64,000 nt of DNA from Gemmatimonadota bacterium (GCA_039586795.1 JBDHJS010000016.1:32001-96000); one strand, 5' to 3'. Counted from the stretch's first letter, positions 48,555 through 58,657 are shown. Translations and numbers: made by a program. The notes: a model not told the origin generated them from the sequence alone.

Positions 48555-51457
48555 AACCGAATCTCCAGTCCCAGCCTCAGTGACCCTCCCGGCCCAAAGA
48601 AAAGCGATGGGTCGTATCGGTCCAGCGCCGCGGCGAACCGAGCATCCCGCATCTCGCTGGCGCTGATGACGCCGTCCGCGTTGAAATCGATGGACGGACT
48701 GTAGCTCGGCGATTCGAACGCGATCGGCTGCATGTCATCCGGAACTTCGTTGGCGATCGCGTTGAGTTGATCGACATCCGGCCCCAGCGTGCCCGTATCG
48801 CGGCGTAGCGCGATGACATTATCGCCACCCAGCATGTTCCTGCCGTCCACCACGGCTCGCCAGTTGCAGCCGCGACAGCCGGGTATTCCTCCGAAGTCCC
48901 ACGTCAGCCGCATGTTCACCCACCACGTCCACGGTAGACGCTCGCCGACCTCGGGGACGAGCGTCCCGAGGGTATCGGGTACGGTACGGTTCAGTGGAAA
49001 GCCGCTACGCACGGCGGCGGTGAAGCTGGCGCCCCACTTCCAGTTGGGCGCGCCGGCGGCGGTTCCGGTCAGCAGCGCGAAGTCGATCGCGTGGCGACGG
49101 TCGAAGGCGAGGGGAAACTCGAGGCGGCGTTCCGTGATGCCGCCGCCGGGGTCTTCGAAGGCGCTGGAGGTTACACCCTCGGCGCTCGACAACGCGTAGC
49201 CGAACCGCAAGTCCAGGCCGGGCCATCGACCTCTGGCGGTCAACTCGACTCCCTTCACGCTTCCGAAGTCGCCCGTCGTGAACTGGTTGTCGGCGAAACC
49301 GGAGAAGCTGAGGCTGCTGGTCACCAGGTTATTGAGTTGCTTTAGGTAAGCCGTGCCGCCTATCGAGAACTGTTCGGTCACCAGCATATCCGCGCCGACC
49401 TCCCACGCGCTCCCTCGCTCGAACGCCAGGTTGGGATTTCCTTGCCTGCGGATGTCCGCGCGGAGCGAGTCGCCCAACGTCGTATCGAGGAAGAAGCGGA
49501 AGTCGGGCGCCTGGGCGACGAGACCGTAGTTGAAGCGGAACATCGTACGCTCACGCGTACCCGGTATCGGCACCGCAACGCCGAGCCGCGGCAGGACCAG
49601 GGAATGCCAGTCGCTGTCGATGACCGGGCTCAGCAGGTTCTCACGATCTTCTTGGAACGAGATCCCGGACTGGAAGCCCTCGAGCCTAAGACCCAGGTCG
49701 ATTGTCACGTTGTGCGCGGCCAGCAGCGATATCTCGCCGTAGCCGGCGATCGTCTTCGGATAGAATCGCGCGTAGCTCGGCAGGTTGCCGGGCAGATAGG
49801 CCAGCGTTCGCTCGTAGCTCTCGATCTCGTAGAAGCGCGTGTTGATCCCCGCGCGGAACGCGTGGCCTCTGGCGTTCAGAATCTCGCCGATCAGGTCGGC
49901 GGCGATGTAACCGGTCCGATTCCAGTTGGCGAGCCCGGGCGTTCCCTCGGTGAAGAAGATCCCCGCAGCGGCCGGCCCGAACGGCGAGCCGGTCGTGCCG
50001 CCCGGTTGCTGGTAGCCCGGCACGGCTTCTCCAGAGTCCAACTGGTCATCGATCGATGAACGGGCGAAGTCTTCTCCAAGGAAGCGGAAGCTCGATAGAC
50101 CGAAGCCTGCGACTCGGCTCCTGCCGTTGAACGTCCAGGGATCCAGCGCGCCCAGATAGCGGTCGAGCCGCACGGCCGCACCGCGGGCGATGACGTTGTA
50201 GATCTTGCCGGACTTCTGCTTGGTCCAGTCGAGGGTCAAGTTGGCCAGAAAGCCCTCCTGCTTCTGGCCCAACTGATTCTCGGTGTTGTACTTGAATTCG
50301 GGCGTGTACAGCTCCAACTGGCGGCGGTTGTAAAGCAGGCTGCCCATCAGGTTGAACTCGCTACCGATCCCCTGGTCGAGTCTGAGGAAGCCGATGATCT
50401 TGTCGCCCCGTTGATAAGGCACGCGTGCGGATGTATACGGGCAGTAGAGACTGGCCATCGCTGGATCGTTCTGCATCGCTTCGATGGCGTCCGTCAACGC
50501 CTGATCACCGTCGCCAGGCTCCAGGCAAGTCAAGCCGCGCGCTCGCGAATCACCGTCGATCAAGCCCTGAAGGAGCACGTCGGCGAACATCGTCGTCTTG
50601 CTGCTGATGAACTTCAGCGGGCCACCCGCCGAGGCGGCAAGCTCGGTGAAACCCCAGGAGTAATCATCCGGCGCCAGGTGATCGCCCTGAAGGAAGAAGC
50701 GACCGTTCCAGCGTTCGGTGCTGCCGCGGCGCGTCACGTAGCTCACGACGCCGGACAACGCCGAGCCGTTATCGACGCCGAAGCCGCCAGTCACGACGTC
50801 GATCTCTTCGAGCGAGCTCGGCGAGACCTCGAGGCCGGCGCCGAGCGACGACGACTCCAGCTGGTTCTTCACTTCCAGCCCGTCGATCCGGTAGACTTCC
50901 TGCCCGACGCGGCCGCCCCGGAACCGACCCTCACTCACGCCGGTCGTCAGCTCGACGGCCTGTTCCACGTTGGAGACCGGCAACTCGATCAGCTCCTCGC
51001 CGCGGAGCACCTGATGGGTTTGTGTGACGTCCGGCTCGATCAGGCGGACCCGCTCGACTTCGGCGGTGATGCCCTCCACCTCGACGGGTTGCGTCTCCAG
51101 TTCGACCGTCAGCGGCGTCGCCTGGCCCGCGCGAACCAGGACGGTGACCAGCGTCGTGGCATACCCGATACGCTGCACCTGCAGTCGATGCTCGCCGATC
51201 GGCACGGACAAGAAGACGAACTCGCCCTTCTCGTCAGTGAGGACGCGTAGCTCAGTCCCTTCGATATGCACATCTGCTGTCGCGATGGGCACTCGGGTTC
51301 CCTTTTCCAGGATCCGCCCCAGCACGCGGCCGGTGTTCTGGCCCGTTGCCGGGACCGCCGCCGCCGTTAGCAGTGTCAGAGCGGGGAGAATCGCGATCAA
51401 CGCCCGAGCGATCGGGCGAGAAGGGTGGAAGTGAGTGAGTGAAGAATCCCGTGTCAT
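48551..51457 (-). CDS. TonB-dependent receptor with N-terminal carboxypeptidase-regulatory-like domain
   Basis: TGRVLGRI...TDEKGEF...IGY domain; plug RGGR...IDG...VTGGF..D.GSALSGVV; C-terminal LGLEIRF beta-signal; start uncertain (51457 or 51538). Confidence 0.88.
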   Translation of the reverse strand: MTRDSSLTHFHPSRPIARALIAILPALTLLTAAAVPATGQNTGRVLGRILEKGTRVPIATADVHIEGTELRVLTDEKGEFVFLSVPIGEHRLQVQRIGYATTLVTVLVRAGQATPLTVELETQPVEVEGITAEVERVRLIEPDVTQTHQVLRGEELIELPVSNVEQAVELTTGVSEGRFRGGRVGQEVYRIDGLEVKNQLESSSLGAGLEVSPSSLEEIDVVTGGFGVDNGSALSGVVSYVTRRGSTERWNGRFFLQGDHLAPDDYSWGFTELAASAGGPLKFISSKTTMFADVLLQGLIDGDSRARGLTCLEPGDGDQALTDAIEAMQNDPAMASLYCPYTSARVPYQRGDKIIGFLRLDQGIGSEFNLMGSLLYNRRQLELYTPEFKYNTENQLGQKQEGFLANLTLDWTKQKSGKIYNVIARGAAVRLDRYLGALDPWTFNGRSRVAGFGLSSFRFLGEDFARSSIDDQLDSGEAVPGYQQPGGTTGSPFGPAAAGIFFTEGTPGLANWNRTGYIAADLIGEILNARGHAFRAGINTRFYEIESYERTLAYLPGNLPSYARFYPKTIAGYGEISLLAAHNVTIDLGLRLEGFQSGISFQEDRENLLSPVIDSDWHSLVLPRLGVAVPIPGTRERTMFRFNYGLVAQAPDFRFFLDTTLGDSLRADIRRQGNPNLAFERGSAWEVGADMLVTEQFSIGGTAYLKQLNNLVTSSLSFSGFADNQFTTGDFGSVKGVELTARGRWPGLDLRFGYALSSAEGVTSSAFEDPGGGITERRLEFPLAFDRRHAIDFALLTGTAAGAPNWKWGASFTAAVRSGFPLNRTVPDTLGTLVPEVGERLPWTWWVNMRLTWDFGGIPGCRGCNWRAVVDGRNMLGGDNVIALRRDTGTLGPDVDQLNAIANEVPDDMQPIAFESPSYSPSIDFNADGVISASEMRDARFAAALDRYDPSLFFGPGGSLRLGLEIRF

Positions 51458-51655
51458 GTAGCCAATTGCGTGACCGCCTGTCAGTCGGTCTAGCCGTCGG
51501 GGCCTTCGCGTGACGACGAGCCTGAAAATAACGATCATCGACCGGGAATGGCTACCAACGGGCCGATATCCGTGCGACGCGTGTGATCTTGACGCCGCTG
51601 TTACCCCGGACCGGCTCCTGCTATAGTAAATGCCTTACTCAGAACGAGGAGAAAG

Positions 51656-52837
51656 ATGGCGAAAGCCGGTGCGGACCCGCGAGAGATCATCACGCCTGAC
51701 GCCTTTTCCGTAGCGCCGGAACTGTTGGGTACGCCTCTGGCGCGGCCCTGGCGGCGCGGCATCGCCATGGGGGTCGATCTGCTGGCGATCGCGATCATCG
51801 CCGGCCTTAGAGTCTCCTGGGTGCTTCTGTTCCTGGCGATCACCGTGCTCGCCGTGCGGGCGGCGCTGCGGCCGTCGGCGACACGTCTTCGCACCGGTAC
51901 GCGATGGGCCGTCTTCGGATCTATCGGCTTCGCCGGCCTTTTGGCGACGTTCGTAGCGACGGTGGAGCTCATCGAGAACTTCAATCCGTTGGGGCTGATA
52001 ACGAGTGGCATGCTCTCGGATGAGGGCGGCGGCGAGGAGGCCGGCGGCTTTGACCTGGGCGGCGTCATCGGCACAGCGGCCGGCGCGGTGGCGATCCAGT
52101 CGGCAGAGAACGAAGAGGAGCTCGAGGCGGCGGTCCTGGAGTTCGCCAGAGGTATGGAGCGCCTCGGAGTCGACCCGGATTCGACCCGGGAAGCTCTGCT
52201 GGCGATGGTCGGGGGGCGGGAAGAGCCGTGGGCGCAAGACGGGCTGAACGAGGCGTTGGCCGAGCTGGGCCTCGCGGCGGCGACGCCGGCCAAAGCCAGC
52301 GAGCGTGATTCACTCGCACTGGCCTACGCTGAAGCGGTCGAGTCCGGGGACACGTCCGCAACGAGCGCGCTGCATGACCCGATGGCCGAGGCCTTTGCCG
52401 GAGAACGGATCTCGCTCCTGCGACAAGACAATCAAGAGCTGGAGGACGAGCTGGAAGCTCTCGAAGTCGAGATGAATCAGAGTGAGAGGACCGGCGTTCT
52501 GGCCTTTCTTCTCAGGATCTTGGACGAAGTCGGTATCGAGCTCGGTTGGTCAGCCCTGTACTTCTCCATGTTTCCGGTCTTCTGGAGCGGCAAGACGCCC
52601 GGCAAGCGACTGATGCGGTTGCGCATCGTGCGTTTGGACGGGAAACCGATCGGCTGGTGGGTGGCTCTCAACCGTTTCGGAGGCTACGCAGCGTCGATTT
52701 TCACAGGGCTGTTGGGGTTCTTCGAGATGTTCTGGGACGCCAACCGCCAGGCTCTGCAGGATCGTATCGCATCCACGGTAGTGATCCACGACGTGAGAGG
52801 CGGACTCGTCGCGCCCGTGGGCGACGCGAAACCGTAG
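51656..52837 (+). CDS. RDD family membrane protein with large insertion
   Basis: LARPWRRGIAMGVD; YFSMF...GKTPGKRLMRLRIV...LQDRIASTVVI. Confidence 0.85.
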   Translation: MAKAGADPREIITPDAFSVAPELLGTPLARPWRRGIAMGVDLLAIAIIAGLRVSWVLLFLAITVLAVRAALRPSATRLRTGTRWAVFGSIGFAGLLATFVATVELIENFNPLGLITSGMLSDEGGGEEAGGFDLGGVIGTAAGAVAIQSAENEEELEAAVLEFARGMERLGVDPDSTREALLAMVGGREEPWAQDGLNEALAELGLAAATPAKASERDSLALAYAEAVESGDTSATSALHDPMAEAFAGERISLLRQDNQELEDELEALEVEMNQSERTGVLAFLLRILDEVGIELGWSALYFSMFPVFWSGKTPGKRLMRLRIVRLDGKPIGWWVALNRFGGYAASIFTGLLGFFEMFWDANRQALQDRIASTVVIHDVRGGLVAPVGDAKP

Positions 52838-52911
52838 CCGGGCGTGGTCTCGTACGGGTAGGTGTCCCTACTGTGGCAACACGGCATTCAGCGAAATAGC
52901 AGGAGGTGGCG

Positions 52912-53484
52912 GTGAACGAGAAGAACTCGGAAACCGAGAAGACTACGGAGGCGGCAGGACGCGGAGCGCTGGCCGAATTCCGTGAAGCGGTTGGAAAGGT
53001 GTTCGATTCCGTGGCCAGTATGGCGCCCGACTTCAGCATCGGAGCCGAGTGGCCGCGCCACGAGCTCGTGGTGGAGGACGAGGAGTACCTCGTTCATGTG
53101 GAGCTTCCCGGCTTCAAGCGGGACGAGGTGGAGGTATCGGTAGCGGGCCGCAACCTGACGGTGTCCGGTGAACGAAAGAAATTCGATCCTCCCGCGGGCG
53201 CGCGGCTGCTGCGCAGCGAGCGACGCTCCGGAACGTTCGAGCTCAGCATCCGCCTCCCCGCCGAGGTCGATGCACTCAGCGTGATCGGTCAGATGCATGA
53301 CGGTATTCTCGAGATCAAGCTCCCCAAGGCCAGCAGCCGTGGTCGCTCGATCGATATCGAAGAGACACCGAGCGACGCCGGGGCGACCGAGGTGAAGAGG
53401 ACGAGCGAAGCAAGGAAGAAGCCGGCAGCGGAGGAATCGACTTGGGAAGACTCGCCGGTATCCGATTCCGGTGACGAAGGATAG
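52912..53484 (+). CDS. Hsp20/alpha-crystallin small heat-shock protein
   Basis: VELPGFKRDEVEV, ERRSGTF, DGILEIKLPK; AGGAGG SD before GTG 52912. Confidence 0.92.
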   Translation: MNEKNSETEKTTEAAGRGALAEFREAVGKVFDSVASMAPDFSIGAEWPRHELVVEDEEYLVHVELPGFKRDEVEVSVAGRNLTVSGERKKFDPPAGARLLRSERRSGTFELSIRLPAEVDALSVIGQMHDGILEIKLPKASSRGRSIDIEETPSDAGATEVKRTSEARKKPAAEESTWEDSPVSDSGDEG

Positions 53485-53493
53485 GGGGCGATC

Positions 53494-53883
53494 ATGAACG
53501 CCGATAAAGACGAACTCCGCGACGTCGAGCAGACCGTTTCGCCAAAGGAAGAACGGGAAGCACGTTTCCGCCGGCGCAACTTCGTTCGGCCAGCCGTCGA
53601 CATCTATTCCACAGACAAAGAGATGGTCGTGCTGGCCGACATGCCGGGCGTCCACAAGACAGATATCGACATCACCATCGACCACGACGACCTCGTCATC
53701 GAGGTGCCCGTCGCCGGTCGCGCCGACGCCGAGAGCTCGCTGCCCTGGGGCTATTACCGCCGCTTCCGGCTACGCACCAACTTCGAGCGCGACCATATCA
53801 ACGCGAACCTCGAGGGTGGGATCCTGACCATCACACTACCGAAAGCAGCCAGCGAACAAACCAAGAAGGTATCCGTCGACTAA
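53494..53883 (+). CDS. Hsp20/alpha-crystallin small heat-shock protein
   Basis: RPAVDIY, ADMPGV, GGILTITLPK. Confidence 0.92.
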   Translation: MNADKDELRDVEQTVSPKEEREARFRRRNFVRPAVDIYSTDKEMVVLADMPGVHKTDIDITIDHDDLVIEVPVAGRADAESSLPWGYYRRFRLRTNFERDHINANLEGGILTITLPKAASEQTKKVSVD

Positions 53884-53905
53884 TAGGAACGGACGCCAAC
53901 AAGAC

Positions 53906-54024
53906 GAGCGCTCGATGCCCGACTCAAAGTCAATGAGCTCGATGGGCGTCGAGCGTTCTGCGTCGACCGTCGATCGCCCAACAGGACTCGACCGCCGATG
54001 CGGGGAATATCGGCTGTCCGCAGT
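53906..54024. repeat. Fold-back element E, related to element D
   Basis: Hairpin 53906-53920/53944-53958; 23-nt exact match (53968-53990) to 60057-60079. Confidence 0.75.
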
Positions 54025-54055
54025 CGAAATAGTCTGCCAGACTGGCAGTCCTCTA

Positions 54056-54070
54056 TGGCACAGCTGTTGC
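54056..54070 (+). promoter_or_regulatory. sigma54 (-24/-12) promoter upstream of clpB
   Basis: TGGCAC-AGCTG-TTGC matches TGGCAC-N5-TTGC. Confidence 0.7.
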
Positions 54071-54172
54071 CTTGTCTAGCCTTGGATAAGACTCTACGCT
54101 TGCGGTGATCGGCCGGCCGATGCGCCGGAGGGATCGCGGCACGCGAACATGCATGGGAGGCACGGAACATAG

Positions 54173-56791
54173 ATGATCTCATTTGATCGACTGACGGTAA
54201 AAGCCGGCGAGGCGCTGCAGACAGCGATCAGCCTGGCGCAGCGGCAGAACAACCCGGCGGTGGAGGACATCCACCTGCTGGCCGCGCTGCTGGATCAGGA
54301 GGGCGGGGTGGCGGGTCCGCTGCTCGGCCGCCTGGGCGTGCAGCCGCTTCAGCTGCAGAAGAAGGTGGACGAAGCCTTGGGTCGGCTGGCGACGCAGGAG
54401 GGCGGGTCGAGCCCGATGCCTTCGCGCGAGCTGGGTCAAGTGCTCGATGAGGCTGACAGCGCGGCAAAGGAGATGGGCGACCAGTTCATCTCGAGCGAGC
54501 ATCTCTTGTTGGCTCTCGATGCGAAAGCAGCGAGCACCACGGGGCCGCTGCTCAAAGGTCTCGGTGTATCGCCGGAGCAACTGAAGCAAGCGATAGAGTC
54601 GATGCGCGGCCCGCATCGGGTGACGGATCGTGATGCGGAGGAGAAGTACCGGACGATCCAGAAGTACACGACGGACCTGACCGACATGGCGCGCCGGGGA
54701 AAGCTCGATCCGGTGATCGGGCGTGACGAGGAGATCCGCCGGGTCATCCAGGTGCTGTCGCGACGGACGAAGAACAACCCGGTACTGATCGGTGAGCCAG
54801 GCGTCGGGAAGACAGCGATCGTAGAGGGATTGGCGCAGCGGATCGTCAACGGCGACGTACCGGAGTCGCTGCGCAACAAGCAGGTCATCCAGGTGGACAT
54901 CGCGACGATGGTGGCGGGCACCAAGTACCGCGGCCAGTTCGAAGAGCGATTCAAGGCGCTGCTCAAAGAGATTACTGAAGCTGAGGGCCAGTACGTGGTC
55001 TTCATTGATGAGCTGCACACGATTGTCGGCGCCGGCGCGGCGGAAGGCGCGGTGGACGCCGGCAACATGCTGAAGCCGCTGCTGGCGCGCGGCCAGTTAC
55101 GCGTGGTCGGCGCAACGACACTGAACGAGTACCGCGAGCATGTCGAGAAGGACACCGCGTTGGAGCGCCGCTTCCAGCCGATCTTCACCGCACAACCCAG
55201 TGTGGAAGACACTGTAGCTATCCTTCGCGGTTTGAAGGAGCGCTACGAAGTTCATCATGGTGTGCGGGTGACGGACGGCGCGCTGGTTGCCGCGGCGCGG
55301 CTGTCCGACCGTTATATCACGGACCGCTTCCTGCCGGACAAGGCGATCGATCTGATCGATGAGGCGGCCTCGATGCTACGGATCGAGATCGACTCGATGC
55401 CCCTCGAGATCGACGAAGTCGAGCGGCGGATGGTTCAGTTGGAGATCGAGAAACAGGCGCTGCAAAAGGAAGAGGACAAGGAAAGCCGCAAGCGGTTGGA
55501 CCGCCTGGAGAAGGAGCTAGCGGATCTGCAAGAGCGTTCCTCGGGCATGAAGGCGAAGTGGCAGGGCGAGAAGGAAGCGATCGAGAACATCAGAACGTTG
55601 AAGAGCTTGATCGAGAGTCTGCGGGTCGAGGCGGATCAGGCCACTCGCGAGGGCGAGCATGCGCGTGTCGCAGAGATCATTCATGGCAAGATTCCGGCGA
55701 TGGAGACCGAGCTCAACAATGCATCCGAGAAGCTCGCCGAGCTGCAGAAGGAATCCAAGTACCTGAAGGAAGAAGTAACCGAAGAGGACGTCGCAGCCGT
55801 CGTCTCGCGCTGGACCGGGATACCGGTCACCAAGATGTTGGAGAGCGATCGCGAACGGCTCGTCAATCTGGAGGATCACCTGCACCAACGCGTGGTGAAT
55901 CAGAACGAAGCAATCACTGCGGTGGCAAACGCGGTACGGCGCAACCGCGCCGGACTACAGGACCCCAACCGGCCGGTAGGTAGCTTCATCTTCCTCGGAC
56001 CGACGGGTGTCGGCAAGACGGAAACGGCTCGAGCGCTGGCGGAGTTCCTGTTCGATGACGAGCAAGCGATGGTCCGGATTGACATGTCGGAGTACATGGA
56101 GAAGCATGCCGTCGCCCGGTTGATCGGCGCGCCGCCCGGATACATCGGCTACGAGGAGGGCGGCCAGCTCACAGAGCGGGTGCGCCGCCGGCCGTACAGC
56201 GTTATCCTGTTCGACGAGATCGAGAAGGCGCACCCTGATGTCTTCAACATCTTGCTGCAGATGTTGGATGATGGTCGGCTGACGGACAGTCACGGACGGA
56301 CGGTGGACTTTAGGAACGCCGTGATCATCATGACGTCAAACATCGGCAGCCACTACATCCTTGATCATCAAGAGACGGATGCCTGGGAAGATGTCGAGAA
56401 GCACGTCTGGGAGGCGATGCGCGCTTCGTTCAGGCCGGAGTTTCTGAACCGGGTGGACGACATCATCATTTTCAAGCCGCTAGGCCGCGAGGAGCTTCGG
56501 CAGATCGTCGATCTGCAGCTGGTCCGCTTCCAGAAGATGATTGCCGAGCAGAAGCTGACACTGGATGTATCCGAAGCGGCGCGCGATCTTATAGCTGCCG
56601 AGGGTCACGACCCGGCGTTCGGCGCCCGACCGTTGAAGCGGGCGCTACAGCGGTTGCTGTTGAATCCGATGTCGGCGGCGGTGATCGAAGGCGGTTTCAC
56701 GGAAGGCGATCGCGTGATCGTCGATCGCGAGCCGGGAGAGGATCGGCTGAACTTCCGCCGTGCAGAGGGGTCGGCGTCGGCTGCCGACTGA
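54173..56791 (+). CDS. clpB: ATP-dependent disaggregase ClpB
   Basis: Two AAA+ modules ([16 protein letters not shown]), long coiled-coil M domain, GARPLKR. Confidence 0.97.
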   Translation: MISFDRLTVKAGEALQTAISLAQRQNNPAVEDIHLLAALLDQEGGVAGPLLGRLGVQPLQLQKKVDEALGRLATQEGGSSPMPSRELGQVLDEADSAAKEMGDQFISSEHLLLALDAKAASTTGPLLKGLGVSPEQLKQAIESMRGPHRVTDRDAEEKYRTIQKYTTDLTDMARRGKLDPVIGRDEEIRRVIQVLSRRTKNNPVLIGEPGVGKTAIVEGLAQRIVNGDVPESLRNKQVIQVDIATMVAGTKYRGQFEERFKALLKEITEAEGQYVVFIDELHTIVGAGAAEGAVDAGNMLKPLLARGQLRVVGATTLNEYREHVEKDTALERRFQPIFTAQPSVEDTVAILRGLKERYEVHHGVRVTDGALVAAARLSDRYITDRFLPDKAIDLIDEAASMLRIEIDSMPLEIDEVERRMVQLEIEKQALQKEEDKESRKRLDRLEKELADLQERSSGMKAKWQGEKEAIENIRTLKSLIESLRVEADQATREGEHARVAEIIHGKIPAMETELNNASEKLAELQKESKYLKEEVTEEDVAAVVSRWTGIPVTKMLESDRERLVNLEDHLHQRVVNQNEAITAVANAVRRNRAGLQDPNRPVGSFIFLGPTGVGKTETARALAEFLFDDEQAMVRIDMSEYMEKHAVARLIGAPPGYIGYEEGGQLTERVRRRPYSVILFDEIEKAHPDVFNILLQMLDDGRLTDSHGRTVDFRNAVIIMTSNIGSHYILDHQETDAWEDVEKHVWEAMRASFRPEFLNRVDDIIIFKPLGREELRQIVDLQLVRFQKMIAEQKLTLDVSEAARDLIAAEGHDPAFGARPLKRALQRLLLNPMSAAVIEGGFTEGDRVIVDREPGEDRLNFRRAEGSASAAD

Positions 56792-56854
56792 CGGGGAAGA
56801 GGTTCGGCGCTCGCGCCGAACCCACCCGAATCACTTAGACCGGGAGAGCTTGAC

Positions 56855-57358
56855 GTGCGTACGGCTGACAGAGTGGTGGTGGGAGCGGTGCTGAGTGCCG
56901 TCGTGGGTTGGACCGTCGGTTGTGGCGGTGGATCGACCTCCGGGACCGTGGCCCCGACGGGGCCCGAGGGTGAGTCTTCTCCGGAGACGGCGGTCGAGAC
57001 GTTTCTCTTCGGAGCGAAGGAAGCCAACGATGCGCGGGGAGCGGGCGAGTTTACCGTAGCGGATCGGGCCTACGAGAGAATGGCGGGCGTGTTTGGTACC
57101 GAGAACGGGTCGATCTCCAGAAGCCAACCGGCCGAGGAGGTCCGCAACAGGATGCTCGTCCTTTCGGCGTGCCTGCGGCCGATCGAATTCACGATCGTCT
57201 CACACTCGGATCCCGACGCGTGGCAAAAGAAACAGACCGTAGTAACCGTGAACCTGGCTCGGGACGTCGGTGGATCCACCTTGCCGTTCACAGTTACGCT
57301 GGGGCGCGGCGACCGCTGGTACGTAGAGCGGATCGACCTCAGTAGCTTCGCGTGTTGA
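56855..57358 (+). CDS. Hypothetical lipoprotein
   Basis: GGAG SD, signal peptide ending TVG-C, SPETAVETFL helix. Confidence 0.7.
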   Translation: MRTADRVVVGAVLSAVVGWTVGCGGGSTSGTVAPTGPEGESSPETAVETFLFGAKEANDARGAGEFTVADRAYERMAGVFGTENGSISRSQPAEEVRNRMLVLSACLRPIEFTIVSHSDPDAWQKKQTVVTVNLARDVGGSTLPFTVTLGRGDRWYVERIDLSSFAC

Positions 57359-58076
57359 CGCCGGATCGCTTGCGGTAGATTCGCGCGAGGCGTTTCGGGG
57401 CTACACCAAGAAGGAACAAGAGTCGCAAGCCCAGATGAGTCGCGATGGTGCGCAGGTATCCGTTCGCTCGCCAGCGGCGGTCCGATGTGTGTACCGGCGG
57501 TTCCAGAACCACCACCTTCCCCGATCGGCGCAGACTCCGATAAAAGATCACATCCTCGAATAGCTCGTCGACGGTGAAACCGCCTGAGCGCGCGTAGGCG
57601 TCGCGGCGACAGAAAATCCCCTGGTCGCCGGTGGCCGTGCGAAAGGTCTTCGTGCGGGCATTGATGGCGCGGGTCAACACGCGCGAGATCCAGCGCTGGG
57701 CGGTGGGTCCGCGGATAGCCAGATTGAAGCAGCCGCCGACGACGGAGGGATCGGCCATCGCCCGGGAGATGGCCGTACCTGCTTCGGGGTCCAGCCACGT
57801 GTCGGCGTGCAGAAAGACCAGCGTTTCGCCGCGGGCCGCTTCGGCGCCGAGCCGCAGCTGATGGCCCCGCCCCGGTTGTGACTCGATCAGTCTGGTGCCC
57901 CGGTCTGCCCAGTGGGTGACGGTCTCCCGGGTCTTGTCCGAGCTGCCTCCGTCCACGATCACGACCTCCGTGGCGCCCAAGGCCGCGAATACCGATTCGA
58001 GGGTGGCCGACAGTTCATCCGCCTCGTTCAGCGTCGGGATGACGACGGTTACGGCAGGAGTTGGTGTGGCGTCCAG
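57339..58076 (-). CDS. GT2 glycosyltransferase, TIGR04283-like (probable CTG start)
   Basis: VVIPTLNEA, VDGGSSD, FLHADT, GDQGIF, FEDV, TSDRRW. Confidence 0.85.
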   Translation of the reverse strand: MDATPTPAVTVVIPTLNEADELSATLESVFAALGATEVVIVDGGSSDKTRETVTHWADRGTRLIESQPGRGHQLRLGAEAARGETLVFLHADTWLDPEAGTAISRAMADPSVVGGCFNLAIRGPTAQRWISRVLTRAINARTKTFRTATGDQGIFCRRDAYARSGGFTVDELFEDVIFYRSLRRSGKVVVLEPPVHTSDRRWRANGYLRTIATHLGLRLLFLLGVAPKRLARIYRKRSGVNTRSY

Positions 58077-58078
58077 GA

Positions 58079-58489
58079 CTAGACCGCGGGTTCCGATAGC
58101 TCGATCAGCACGCCGCCGCTGCCGCTGGGGTGGAGAAAGGCGACTTTTCGGCCGCCCGCTCCGATCCGCGGGGCCGCGCCGACCGTCTTCAGGCCGGCAT
58201 CGGTGCAGCGTAGAATCGCTTCCTCGATATCTGGGACGTCGAAGGCGATATGGTGGAGGCCCGGCCCGCGGCTCTCGAGGAATCGGCCCACGGTCGTATC
58301 CGGGCCGGTCGGTTCGAGAAGTTCGATCCTTGGTCCGCCCAGATCGAAGAAGGCGACTCGAACGCCCTCGCTCTCCACTGTTTCACGCCCCGATTCCGGT
58401 TTCCCTAGAATGGCGCTATAGACGGCGATCGCCGTTTCCAGGTCGGAAACCGCTATCGCGACATGTTCGAGACGTGCATCCGGGACCAT
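58079..58489 (-). CDS. mce: Methylmalonyl-CoA epimerase
   Basis: EHVAIAV, IELLEP, RGPGLHHIAF, AFLHP...GGVLIEL. Confidence 0.9.
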   Translation of the reverse strand: MVPDARLEHVAIAVSDLETAIAVYSAILGKPESGRETVESEGVRVAFFDLGGPRIELLEPTGPDTTVGRFLESRGPGLHHIAFDVPDIEEAILRCTDAGLKTVGAAPRIGAGGRKVAFLHPSGSGGVLIELSEPAV

Positions 58490-58657
58490 CGGGAACCCCA
58501 CGTGTTGGGCGGCTGTTCTTACGCCGGCTGGAGTCCTAGCCGGGGTGACTCCCGGCGCGAATAGAATAGATTATTGTGTAAGTTGAGGAGAAGGAAAGGG
58601 GTCGGCGAGCGGGATCGCCGACTGGAACAACGAGACGCGGGACGGGGGTTCAACAAG

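Noticed and set aside
48653..48688. Lanmodulin-type lanthanide site
   Set aside because: It is a single loop and lacks the Pro at position 2 characteristic of lanmodulin EF-hands; no xoxF in the window.
52838..52911. CIRCE or sigma54 site before hsp20
   Set aside because: No TTAGCACTC-N9-GAGTGCTAA, and TGGCAAC has no correctly spaced TTGC.
57339..58076. Arsenosugar biosynthesis cluster
   Set aside because: Only the TIGR04283-like GT is present; no partner glycosyltransferase, radical SAM enzyme or ArsM nearby.
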